A stretch of DNA of 64,000 nucleotides from an uncultured Planctomycetota bacterium (lineage in GTDB: Bacteria > Planctomycetota > Planctomycetia > Isosphaerales > Isosphaeraceae): positions 96,001 through 160,000 of the forward strand of contig CAWJTV010000027.1 in NCBI GenBank assembly GCA_963845755.1, given 5' to 3'. Below the pieces are notes generated by a model. That model did not search any database and was not told the DNA's origin. It saw only the letters and a list, made by a program, of their open reading frames with translations. Both the position numbers and the translations under genes were made by a program. Of the stretch, positions 1 to 8,070 are shown one piece after another (within the stretch, counting starts at the first letter, position 1; every line of letters starts with the position of its first letter).

Positions 1-1529
1 CCGTAGGCGACGTCGATTGTGTAGGAACCGGGCTTCAGGCCGTGGATGCCGGGCTGGTTCGGCCGGCCATTCCAGGCCGTGGTCAGCGTGACGGTCCGGC
101 CCGCCTGGAGATGCTTCCATGTGGAGGCGGGGATGCGGCGGGTCCTCCGAAAGACCACCTGCGTGCCGTCCAGGACCGTGATCTGTTCGCGGGACTGGAC
201 CGACGCCGAGGCCGGCTTGGCCGCACCCATGCCCGTGATCCTCAGGCGGATGTGGACGCTCTCGCTGACCTGGTAATCCGCATGGTTCGTGGTCACCGTG
301 GAGTTGATCAACGGCGCGACCTGTCCCGTCGAGGACGAACCGTCACCCCCGGTCCCCGATGTGGACGTATTGCCGGACGACGACGCGCTCACGACCTGGA
401 ATGTGGCCGTATTGCCGTTCAGATCGAAGGCGTTGGAAATCTCAAGGGTGTAGGTACCCGGCACCGGGTCACCGACCGGCCACATCTGGGTCTGTGTCCA
501 GGATTGACCTGGCTGAAGAGTCGACCATCCTGCGAAGTACGGCCCGGGCAAGTTTTCCAGGTCCAAGCTCAGCGTGGGCGAAGGTTGATCGAACTCGAAC
601 CCGGTCTGTCCCATGGGGACCACTACGGGTTGGTCGCTCACGTTCGTCTCGGTGAAGGTCATCGTCACCGTCTGGCCGTCTTGATAGACGGGCTGATCCG
701 TGGTGACACGCGACACGATCGCCCCGGAAGGCGGGGGCGCGATCTGGAAGTCGGCGGTGAATTCGCCCGGAGCGGCCGGAACATCATAAACCTCCGCGAC
801 GAATTCACCTGTCAGGTTTTCCAGGGTGTAAGGACTAAAACCGGGTGGGTGATAGGTGTACTGGTTTGTGATCGTTTGCCCCGGGGTGATCGTCTCAAAG
901 GTCGGGCCGATCGGGTCCATTTCGGGCAGCTCGGGCTGACCGTTATGCACGATCTGGTAGAGGGGATTCGCGATCACGATCGTGATCGTCTGATCGGAGG
1001 TGTTCGTCTCGGTGTAGGTGAGCTGGACCGGTTGGCCCATCAGGTAGGTCGTCTGATCGGTCGTCAAGGCGCCCTGGAGCGGATCGGTGATCTGGAACGT
1101 CGCCGTATCTTCCTGCGGGGCATTGAGATTCGAGACCGTGAACGTGCCAAACTGGTTGACCGCCGCGTTCGTGTTGGCGCCTGGCTGGTAGAAGGTCTCC
1201 GGCATCGTGCCATCCCAGGTCGCCGTCTGGGACACGGACTGCCCCGGTTGAAGCGTCAACGAGGTGGGGGGCTGACCGGCGTTATCCGGGTTTGACTCCC
1301 AGAGCGGGCCATTCCAGCCCAGGCTTTGCTCGGAGACGGAGAAATCCGTCGGGCTGAGCGAGACCGTCACGGCCTGGTCGCCCGTGTTCGTCTCGGTGAA
1401 CGTGATCTGGATCGGCTGACCCACCTGGTAGGTCGTTTGATCCGTCGTCAACGAGTAAGAGATGCCCGACAGGAGACAGCGGCCTTCGAGTTCATCGACA
1501 CCCAAGGCCATCCGTGAGCGACGCATCAT
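1..1529 (-). CDS. Planctomycete exported protein with LExRxLL motif and about 4 tandem Ig-like/BsuPI-like repeats (3' end outside window)
   Basis: Hand translation from ATG 1529 gives MMRRSRMALGVDELEGRCLLSGISYSLTTDQTTYQVGQPIQITFTETN. The TTD..Y..GQ....TFTETN unit recurs. It is absent from the ORF track because no stop lies in the window; ORF 42..1295(+) is its antisense shadow. Confidence 0.8.
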   Translation of the reverse strand, partial: MMRRSRMALGVDELEGRCLLSGISYSLTTDQTTYQVGQPIQITFTETNTGDQAVTVSLSPTDFSVSEQSLGWNGPLWESNPDNAGQPPTSLTLQPGQSVSQTATWDGTMPETFYQPGANTNAAVNQFGTFTVSNLNAPQEDTATFQITDPLQGALTTDQTTYLMGQPVQLTYTETNTSDQTITIVIANPLYQIVHNGQPELPEMDPIGPTFETITPGQTITNQYTYHPPGFSPYTLENLTGEFVAEVYDVPAAPGEFTADFQIAPPPSGAIVSRVTTDQPVYQDGQTVTMTFTETNVSDQPVVVPMGQTGFEFDQPSPTLSLDLENLPGPYFAGWSTLQPGQSWTQTQMWPVGDPVPGTYTLEISNAFDLNGNTATFQVVSASSSGNTSTSGTGGDGSSSTGQVAPLINSTVTTNHADYQVSESVHIRLRITGMGAAKPASASVQSREQITVLDGTQVVFRRTRRIPASTWKHLQAGRTVTLTTAWNGRPNQPGIHGLKPGSYTIDVAY

Positions 1530-2214
1530 GGCTAGCCCCGTTCGGAAGATGTCTGGCAGGAGAGGAAGCCCCCTTTCGTCTAGTCGCAAATTGCCCCGAA
1601 GCTCGGCCTCATGGATCGAAAGACAAGCATTTTCGGTGAAGTCGAGATCCTTGGCGGCCCAGACGCGGGTGGTGACCCGGGATTTTGGAACGGAGGCCGT
1701 AAATCTTTTCCAAGCCAGGAGATCGATTTTCGTGGCTGGTTTCCCTTAACTCCTTAGATGGCTGGAACTTGCGCCGGACATCCAATGATCCCGGGTCACC
1801 ATTGAGGCGCGCCGCGAGTTTGATTGCTTCATTCTAATCGACCAATCGCCGCGGTCAAAGCGATGATGCAAGACAGCCGCAGCGCCTGCAAAAAGGTCTG
1901 CCCCTGACTCCCCTCGTGCCCCTAACTCCCGTCGGGGCTTGAATCCGCTGACCCTACGCAGGTCCTCAGCTTCGAGTCGATTGCGCCCGACAGGGAGATG
2001 GCGGCTCGAGCGCATGGCAAACCCGCCAGCCGGTCGGGACGACAGATCGATACTCCAAAGTTATGGGCGCATGACGTGGCGCGACGGTCGATCACCGTCT
2101 GCTGGGGACCAATAAGCGTCGGACGACAAAGGGGGCCAGGCTTCCTCCGAAGCCGCAACCGCCGCTATGATTGTGGTAGCGACGGTGGTAAGCAGGAGGG
2201 TCAGGAACAGCCGC

Positions 2215-2757
2215 ATGACAGTCCAGGGATCACCGGACGCCATCGAGCCGGACCAGGTCGTGGAAATCTTCGCGGAGTTCACGACGGCCGATGATCTGGC
2301 TCTGCGATTTCCGGCGGACGGATGCTACGCCCGGACACATCTTATGGTCCGGCGGCTGCTCGACCGAGGCTTGGCCCCGTTGAAGGTCTGGGCGTTTGCC
2401 GCCAGCGCCACGGATCCTCTTTGGACAGATACCTCCGACCACCCAGATGGGCGAGTCGAATGGCAGTATCACGTCGCTCCGGTTCTCGTAGTGGGGGGGC
2501 CGGCCGGCGACCTGCGAGAGATGGTTTTTGATCCCCTTCTCTTCGACCGCCCGGTTCCTGTCGAGGAGTGGCGAAGAGCGCTCCACGACACACCGACTCT
2601 GATACGAACGGCTCCTGGGGAACCGCCTCTACCCGCCCGCGGAGGGACCGGATACTGGCCCTGGCCGGATCCCCTCGAAGGGACCGACGTACATGCGCGC
2701 GAGACCTCGAAGACTACCGGACGTGGAACGCTTAGAGGGCCCGATTGCAGGGAGTAG
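2215..2757 (+). CDS. Protein-glutamine glutaminase (papain-fold deamidase) catalytic domain protein
   Basis: Motifs FPADGCYARTHLM, WQYHVAP and VFDPLLF match the Cys-His-Asp motifs of Chryseobacterium-type protein glutaminase. The start is 2215 or 2167. A 1-nt indel near 2705 is likely, giving an alternative end ETLEDYRTWNA*. Confidence 0.8.
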   Translation: MTVQGSPDAIEPDQVVEIFAEFTTADDLALRFPADGCYARTHLMVRRLLDRGLAPLKVWAFAASATDPLWTDTSDHPDGRVEWQYHVAPVLVVGGPAGDLREMVFDPLLFDRPVPVEEWRRALHDTPTLIRTAPGEPPLPARGGTGYWPWPDPLEGTDVHARETSKTTGRGTLRGPDCRE

Positions 2758-2761
2758 CGCC

Positions 2762-3403
2762 ATGGTTGAAGCACTGACGATCCGAACACGACTGCTGGTC
2801 GTTCGAGAGATTCAGGAAGACGAGGGCGATGTCGAACTCCGTTTCCAGCAGGGGAGCCACGGGCGCCTCGATCTCCATGAGGCGAACTCTGCGACCTATC
2901 TCCGACTCGCCCTGCGCAGTCACGAGCGCCAGCATCCCGTGGGCGTCACCTTCGGAGAAGGAGATACGATCGCGGAACTGATCCGCGCCGACAACGACGT
3001 GCCCCTCCAACTCTGGGAAGAGGAACCCGATCGAGTCCGGGTGCACTTCCAGGGCCACGACGGCGTTTTCTGCCTGAAACGCGACCATCCCGAGTTCACC
3101 CGAATCAGCATGCTGGTGGGTGATGCGATCCGGCAGAAGGTCCGAGTTTGGTTCGTCGCTCAGAAACCCGCCCTGGCGCTGCTGGATGTCCTGCCGGCCG
3201 GATGGGCGGTCGCCTCATCTCAAACTCACAACGGAGGCGGTTCTACGGCGGCAGTTGAGTTTGTCGATGGCCCTCTGGATGGCCTCAGGTTCGAGCACAC
3301 GCAGATCAACACGATCGCGAGGATCATGCCGGCATCTGGGGTAGCACTTCAGATCCGGGGCTTTGAACTGAAGATCGAGCAGCCAACGGACGACGGCCCA
3401 TAA
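2762..3403 (+). CDS. Hypothetical protein with two repeats resembling the protein-glutaminase pro-domain; candidate inhibitor/immunity protein
   Basis: GGGAG RBS precedes ATG 2762, directly after the glutaminase gene. Internal repeat: VELRF..GRL....YLRLA.RS.....PVGV versus VRVHF..GVFCL..DHPEF..I..LV.DA......VWFV. Confidence 0.6.
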   Translation: MVEALTIRTRLLVVREIQEDEGDVELRFQQGSHGRLDLHEANSATYLRLALRSHERQHPVGVTFGEGDTIAELIRADNDVPLQLWEEEPDRVRVHFQGHDGVFCLKRDHPEFTRISMLVGDAIRQKVRVWFVAQKPALALLDVLPAGWAVASSQTHNGGGSTAAVEFVDGPLDGLRFEHTQINTIARIMPASGVALQIRGFELKIEQPTDDGP

Positions 3404-3623
3404 GCCGATCGCGGCCCCGCCGTTTTGGTTTCCGCCCAAGGATCGGCCAACTGAAGCAAGAGAACAAGAAATAATGAAATCAGAATAACATTCGTCCAAT
3501 GATGTCAGTTCCCGAGGCCATTTGTCGCCGGGAGAAGAAAGAAACCAACACCCACTCTCAGCGGCCCGGCCCGCTGAGAGCGACCTTTGCATCCCCTGAA
3601 GCCGTTGTGGCGGGCAGGGTTCG

Positions 3624-3932
3624 CTACAGCGGATCGTTACGCAACACCACTTCGATGCCAAGGTGATGCTCGGTGTCATCCACTCGGACGCGCCATCCGT
3701 TCTCTTCGCGGATAGGCTCATAGTGGTCTCGCGTGTTGTCCGATCTCGTCCTATAGACAACCAGATTCGGTCCCTCGCGACCATCGCGCCTGGCTCCTTC
3801 GGTGCGGCGGAGCCACGTTCCCAAGAAAACCGCGAACCACCCGGTGCTCGCGTTTGCCTTAACGACATACTCACCGCGCGCTCCGAGACTTTTTTTCAAC
3901 CCATCCGCAACGCTTTGCGTCTGCATCGCCAA
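3624..3932 (-). CDS. Hypothetical protein or gene fragment
   Basis: 102-aa ORF with protein-like composition in a lower-GC stretch; no motif recognised. Confidence 0.3.
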   Translation of the reverse strand: MAMQTQSVADGLKKSLGARGEYVVKANASTGWFAVFLGTWLRRTEGARRDGREGPNLVVYRTRSDNTRDHYEPIREENGWRVRVDDTEHHLGIEVVLRNDPL

Positions 3933-4134
3933 GATACCATAAAGATGACCAACAAGACCGGAGCCGAAACTCGCATCGATCCCGGCTGGGGATTAATGAC
4001 CTGCCGCCCATCGATAGCCCGCAATTCCGCCGCGCTTTCCGGTAGACTGTGAGATATCCAAGGCGGCCGGTCATCGATCGGCGAGCAACGACGCGCGTTA
4101 CTCCATTGCTCGCGAGATCGACCGAAAGAATCGA

Positions 4135-4452
4135 TCAACCCCGGAACTTGGTCTTGGGGGCCTTTTCCACCAACTGGTGCAGGGTGTGCATGATGTTGTA
4201 GGCCGAGAGCTCGCAGAGCAGGTGCGTCACCTCTTCGTGGATCTCGTCGCCGAGCTTGGGCTCGACGGCCTTCATCAGCGCGACGACGCGGGCTTCCTGC
4301 TCCTTGAGTTCATGGGCCTCGATGCGGCCGTCGGCCATCGCGTCCAGGAACGTCCCGAGCCGTTCCGCGTACTGGCCGATCAGCGGCGTGTCGGCTGTCG
4401 CGTCCAGCCAATCGGTGCGATGCTTGCCTGCGGTGTCGGTCTTCTTGCTCAT
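4135..4452 (-). CDS. Small helical hypothetical protein (105 aa) with a TerB/EF-hand-like ADGxIxxxE motif; last gene of the PspA-AAA cluster
   Basis: MSKKTDT...MADGRIEAHELKEQE...KTKFRG, with strong GC3 bias. The upstream extension in the ORF track is translated repeat DNA. Confidence 0.75.
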   Translation of the reverse strand: MSKKTDTAGKHRTDWLDATADTPLIGQYAERLGTFLDAMADGRIEAHELKEQEARVVALMKAVEPKLGDEIHEEVTHLLCELSAYNIMHTLHQLVEKAPKTKFRG

Positions 4453-4516
4453 GGGGTTCGCCTCGTCTAGGTGATCGGATCTTCGTTCAGAGGATGTGAA
4501 AGGAGCGGGAAATCTT

Positions 4517-4579
4517 CGAGATTCCGGATTCGAGATTCCGGATTCGAGATTCCGGATTTCGAGATTCCGGATTCGAGAT
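4517..4579. repeat. Tandem repeat (GAGATTCCGGATTC) x about 4
   Basis: Read directly: gagattccggattc gagattccggattc gagattccggatttc gagattccggattc gagat. A related run lies at about 48043-48076. Confidence 0.9.
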
Positions 4580-4669
4580 AGAGCGAACGGAAAACCTGGG
4601 GCACACAGGACCAACATTTATTTTCTCTCTTGAATTTGTGCTTCTGAATCGATCTTCCACGTCTTTCGT

Positions 4670-6496
4670 TCACTCTTCGATCAATCGTCGGATCGCGGCC
4701 ATCCGTTCCTGGAGCTGGGCTCGCCCGTCGGGCCCGGCCACGCGCGCCTGCCACTCCTCGGGCAGGAAGGACCTCGACGTGCACTCCAGGACCGCCGCCA
4801 GCTCTTGCTTCTCCTTCTCCAGCCCCTGGGCGGAGGGGATGAAATCGTCGAGGGAACCGGCGAGATCCTCGCGGGTGATCGGCTCGCGTCCCTGGGTCAA
4901 CGCATGGCGCTTGGCGGCCAGCACGATACTCTCGATGTCGGCCCCGCTGAGGCCGCGGCCGGCGAGGTTCTCGGGCAGGGCGTCGGGGGTCAGGCTGGTC
5001 TTGTTCTTGCGGGCCATCGCCCGGATCATGAACCGCACCTCGTCCTCGTCTCGTGGGCTGAACAGGGGCAGATGGACCTCGGCGCGACCCTGGCGCTTCA
5101 GGTCGATCGGCAGGAAGTCGGGCCGGCTGGTCAGGAGCATCCAGATCAGCTTGCCCCGGTATCGGGTGTCGCCCATCTGGCCGGCGATCATCGAGAAGAC
5201 CCGGCTGGAGGTGCCGGAATCCCCCCCGGCCTCGCGGTTGCCCAGCGCCGCGTCGGCCTCGTCGATCACGATGACGACCGGCCCCATCGCCCGGAGTACC
5301 GTGAGGATCTGCTCGAGGTTCCCCTCGGTCTCGCCGACGTACTTCGACCGGAAATTGCGGAGCTTGACGCAGGGGATCCCCACCGAGCCGGCGAAGCATT
5401 CGGCCAGGTAGGTCTTGCCGGTGCCCACGGGCCCGCAGATCAGGTATCCCATGGGAGCGGCGTCGAGCCGGCCCTGACCGAGCAGCGCGGCGTCCTCGGT
5501 GAGCCGGCGCTTGATCGCGTCGCTGCCGACGAAATCGTCGAGCGTGTGCGGCGGCTCGACGAACTCGACCAGGCCGCGCGCCTGGCGCTCGATCAGCCCT
5601 TTCTTCAGCCGCTTGAGGCCCGTGGTATCGAGCTTCCGCCCGGACTGGGCGGCGGCGGCCAGCAGTCGCTCGAGATTCGTCAGGTTCAACCCGCTGGTCA
5701 GCTCGGCCAGTTGTTGCGGGGCGAAGTCGGCGAGGTTTCCCGTCTTTCCGTCTCGCTCATCGTATCCCTTGATGAACCGCTCCCGCGCCGCGATGTCCGG
5801 CATGGGGACATCGAGGGAAGCCACGTGCGCGCTGCCGATCAGCCGCTCGTTGATCTCGGCCAGTTGGTCGCACAGGAGGCAGAAGGCGATATTGTGCTGC
5901 TTGATGTAGGGGTTCTGGGCCCACGACAGGAGCCGGACCAGCCGCGTCCCCTGGGTCCCGGCCATCTGGCCCAGCTCCGCCGAGGGGACCAGGTACTGGG
6001 CGTATTCGAAGATCACGCCGATGCTGATCTGTTTGGCGGAGTCCTCTTCCATCAGGATCTGGCGGACGAGCTGATCGAGCAGGGCGAGGACCGCGTCGGG
6101 GTCGCGGGGCCAGGACTTGGGCTCGCCGATCCGCTCGACCGCCTTCACGACCATCCGGCGCAGGCGGTCGGCGTCGCGGCCGGCGAAGACGCGGAGTCCC
6201 TGGCTGAGGTCATAGCGAAAGACGACGTCCCAGGAGCCGAAGACCTGCGTGGCCAGGAAATCGGGCAGGCTGCCGTAACCCGCGACGGCGCCGCCGGCCT
6301 CGGTCTGCGGCACGAGGTCGTGGACGTTGCCGTGGAGCAGGAACACGCAGGTCGTGCCGGCAAAGTAGAGTTCGGCGAATTCGCGCGCCCAGACCGGGTA
6401 CCAGGCAGGCACGGCGCGCGCCGGCTCGCCGGGCAGCGTCGTGGACGGCGCTGCCGGCGAGAGGGGCTCGTTCGTTCTCGGCTGGGTTGAGCTCAT
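4670..6496 (-). CDS. Classical-clade AAA ATPase with an N-terminal degenerate P-loop-like domain
   Basis: Walker A GPVGTGKT, pore loop SKYVGE, Walker B IVIDEAD, SRH TSRPDFLPIDLKRQGR and lid GLSGADIE. The N-terminal half (FLLHGNVHD, VIFEYA) lacks an intact Walker A. Confidence 0.92.
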   Translation of the reverse strand: MSSTQPRTNEPLSPAAPSTTLPGEPARAVPAWYPVWAREFAELYFAGTTCVFLLHGNVHDLVPQTEAGGAVAGYGSLPDFLATQVFGSWDVVFRYDLSQGLRVFAGRDADRLRRMVVKAVERIGEPKSWPRDPDAVLALLDQLVRQILMEEDSAKQISIGVIFEYAQYLVPSAELGQMAGTQGTRLVRLLSWAQNPYIKQHNIAFCLLCDQLAEINERLIGSAHVASLDVPMPDIAARERFIKGYDERDGKTGNLADFAPQQLAELTSGLNLTNLERLLAAAAQSGRKLDTTGLKRLKKGLIERQARGLVEFVEPPHTLDDFVGSDAIKRRLTEDAALLGQGRLDAAPMGYLICGPVGTGKTYLAECFAGSVGIPCVKLRNFRSKYVGETEGNLEQILTVLRAMGPVVIVIDEADAALGNREAGGDSGTSSRVFSMIAGQMGDTRYRGKLIWMLLTSRPDFLPIDLKRQGRAEVHLPLFSPRDEDEVRFMIRAMARKNKTSLTPDALPENLAGRGLSGADIESIVLAAKRHALTQGREPITREDLAGSLDDFIPSAQGLEKEKQELAAVLECTSRSFLPEEWQARVAGPDGRAQLQERMAAIRRLIEE

Positions 6497-6543
6497 TCTG
6501 AACTTGGTCCTGTCACGGATAGTCGATCTCAGAACGGACCCGA

Positions 6544-6969
6544 TCATTCATTCACGCGGAGACGCGGAGACGCGGAGGGAGAAGGGATATAACCATTGAC
6601 GATCCGACGCAAACCTTCCTTGAGGGTCGCGCCACCGAAGTTGATCAGCAATCCGACCGGAAGGTTCAACAGCCGTAGATACGTCAGCAGTTGCTTCGAA
6701 TGGACTGGGGCGAGGTTCTCAACCGATTTCAATTCTACGATCACGAGGCCCTCGACCAGCAGATCAACACGCAAACCTTCGTCGAAGTGCAGGCCGTCGC
6801 ATTCGAACTCAACAGCCGCTTGTCGTGCAACATGCAGGCCGCGCCGTTCTAACTCCCGCGCCAGTACCATCTCGTAAACCGATTCCAGCAGTCCCGGTCC
6901 CAGAACACGATGCAGCTTCATGGCCGCATCCACGATTTCTCCCGTAATCTCATCGATCTCGATCATCAT
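6544..6969 (-). CDS. GxxExxY protein (PD-(D/E)xK nuclease-like)
   Basis: LGPGLLESVYE, RVDLLVE, VIVELKS, QLLTYLRL and GLLINFG motifs. True start is the MM at 6969. Confidence 0.93.
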   Translation of the reverse strand: MMIEIDEITGEIVDAAMKLHRVLGPGLLESVYEMVLARELERRGLHVARQAAVEFECDGLHFDEGLRVDLLVEGLVIVELKSVENLAPVHSKQLLTYLRLLNLPVGLLINFGGATLKEGLRRIVNGYIPSPSASPRLRVNE

Positions 6970-7042
6970 ACGGTTCTCACGCATCTCTGTGTGAATCGAG
7001 ATTCTGATGCGATTCTCTCCGCGTCTCCGCGTCTCCGCGTGA
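6552..7042. mobile_element. GxxExxY cassette bounded by perfect 26-bp inverted repeats TC(ACGCGGAG)3
   Basis: 6552-6577 TCACGCGGAGACGCGGAGACGCGGAG is the exact reverse complement of 7017-7042. Mobility is inferred. Confidence 0.65.
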
Positions 7043-7078
7043 GACGAGATCCTGCTCCGATTCTTCCCCACAGGAGAC

Positions 7079-7837
7079 TCAGATTTCAGGCAGCGGCTCG
7101 AGCGTCCGGGCCGCGGGGCCCAGCTCCTTGGCCGACTGCGACGCCTTGGTTGTCTCGGGCGTGACGAGTCCGGCCTGCTTCTCGAACTCTCGCAGCGCGT
7201 CCTCGGCCATCGTCTTCTCCACGGCGATGTCGCGCTGGATGTCTTCCAGGCCCTCGCCTGACATGTCGGCCGCGACCCGGACCCGAGCCCGGTTGCGGTC
7301 GATCTGCCCCTGGAGCTCCTGCTCGGCCTGGCCGAAGTCGGTGGTGACGTCGAAATGGAACTGGTTGGCGAGCTGGGCAATCTCCGCTTCGGCCCGGCTC
7401 ATCTTGAGGTCGGCGTCGTACTTGCTGATCTTGTGCTTCACCTCGTCGAGCTTCTTGACCGCATGCTGGATCTTCAACAGGTTGTTCTGATACGCCTGCT
7501 CGTGCAGGGCGAGTTGCCTCTCGTTCTCGGCCAGGTCGTCCTTGGCCCGCTTCAGGTCCAGCGCGAACCTGGCCGCCGTGTCGCGATCGCCGGCGTTGAG
7601 GTAGGCCTTGATCTTCGCCTCGATCAGGGCGACTTGCTTCCGCTGGCCCTCCACCTGGCGGAGCACCCGCTCGACCAGCGCACGATACTGCGCCAGGCCC
7701 TCGCGGCCCTCGCGGATCTGATCGACGGAGCGGTCGTACTCCAGTTGCATCTCGGCGATCGGGTCATAGCCCCGGATCGCATTGGCCAGCTTGTTGAATT
7801 GCGCCGCGATGGCGTTCCAGAGCTTACCCAGGATCAT
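7079..7837 (-). CDS. PspA/IM30 (Vipp1, ESCRT-III superfamily) protein
   Basis: 252 aa and all-helical. It has an N-terminal amphipathic helix (MILGKLWNAIAAQFNKLANAI), DP before the long hairpin, and the typical hairpin turn AYLNAGDRDTAARFAL. Confidence 0.85.
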   Translation of the reverse strand: MILGKLWNAIAAQFNKLANAIRGYDPIAEMQLEYDRSVDQIREGREGLAQYRALVERVLRQVEGQRKQVALIEAKIKAYLNAGDRDTAARFALDLKRAKDDLAENERQLALHEQAYQNNLLKIQHAVKKLDEVKHKISKYDADLKMSRAEAEIAQLANQFHFDVTTDFGQAEQELQGQIDRNRARVRVAADMSGEGLEDIQRDIAVEKTMAEDALREFEKQAGLVTPETTKASQSAKELGPAARTLEPLPEI

Positions 7838-7852
7838 GGTCGCCCCTCAGAA

Positions 7853-8055
7853 AGGATGAAGGATGAAGGATGAAGGATGAGTCAGAGCAGATCGGATTTC
7901 GCTTTCTGCCTTTCTCAAAGTCCTCCAGGGCGCATTGGCCTCTTTCACCCCAACAGATTCGGAATGACATGCAGCATGCCGCGAAGGCTGATTCTAGCCG
8001 AAGGGGAGCACGTTTTTCCACGAGGAGGTCCGGACGATTCATCCTTCATCATTCA
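7853..8055. repeat. (GGATGAA)n heptamer repeats in inverted arrangement around about 155 bp of spacer
   Basis: aggatgaaggatgaaggatgaaggatga at 7853-7880 and ttcatccttcatcattca at 8038-8055. Confidence 0.8.
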
Positions 8056-8070
8056 GATGAATCCTTTCCG

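Noticed and set aside
6544..7380. 278-aa ORF as a long GxxExxY protein
   Set aside because: The N-terminal half is an alternative frame of pspA plus repeat DNA; the domain starts at 6969.
4517..8055. Repeat runs as a possible CRISPR array
   Set aside because: The units are 7-14 bp and tandem, with no unique spacers and no cas genes.
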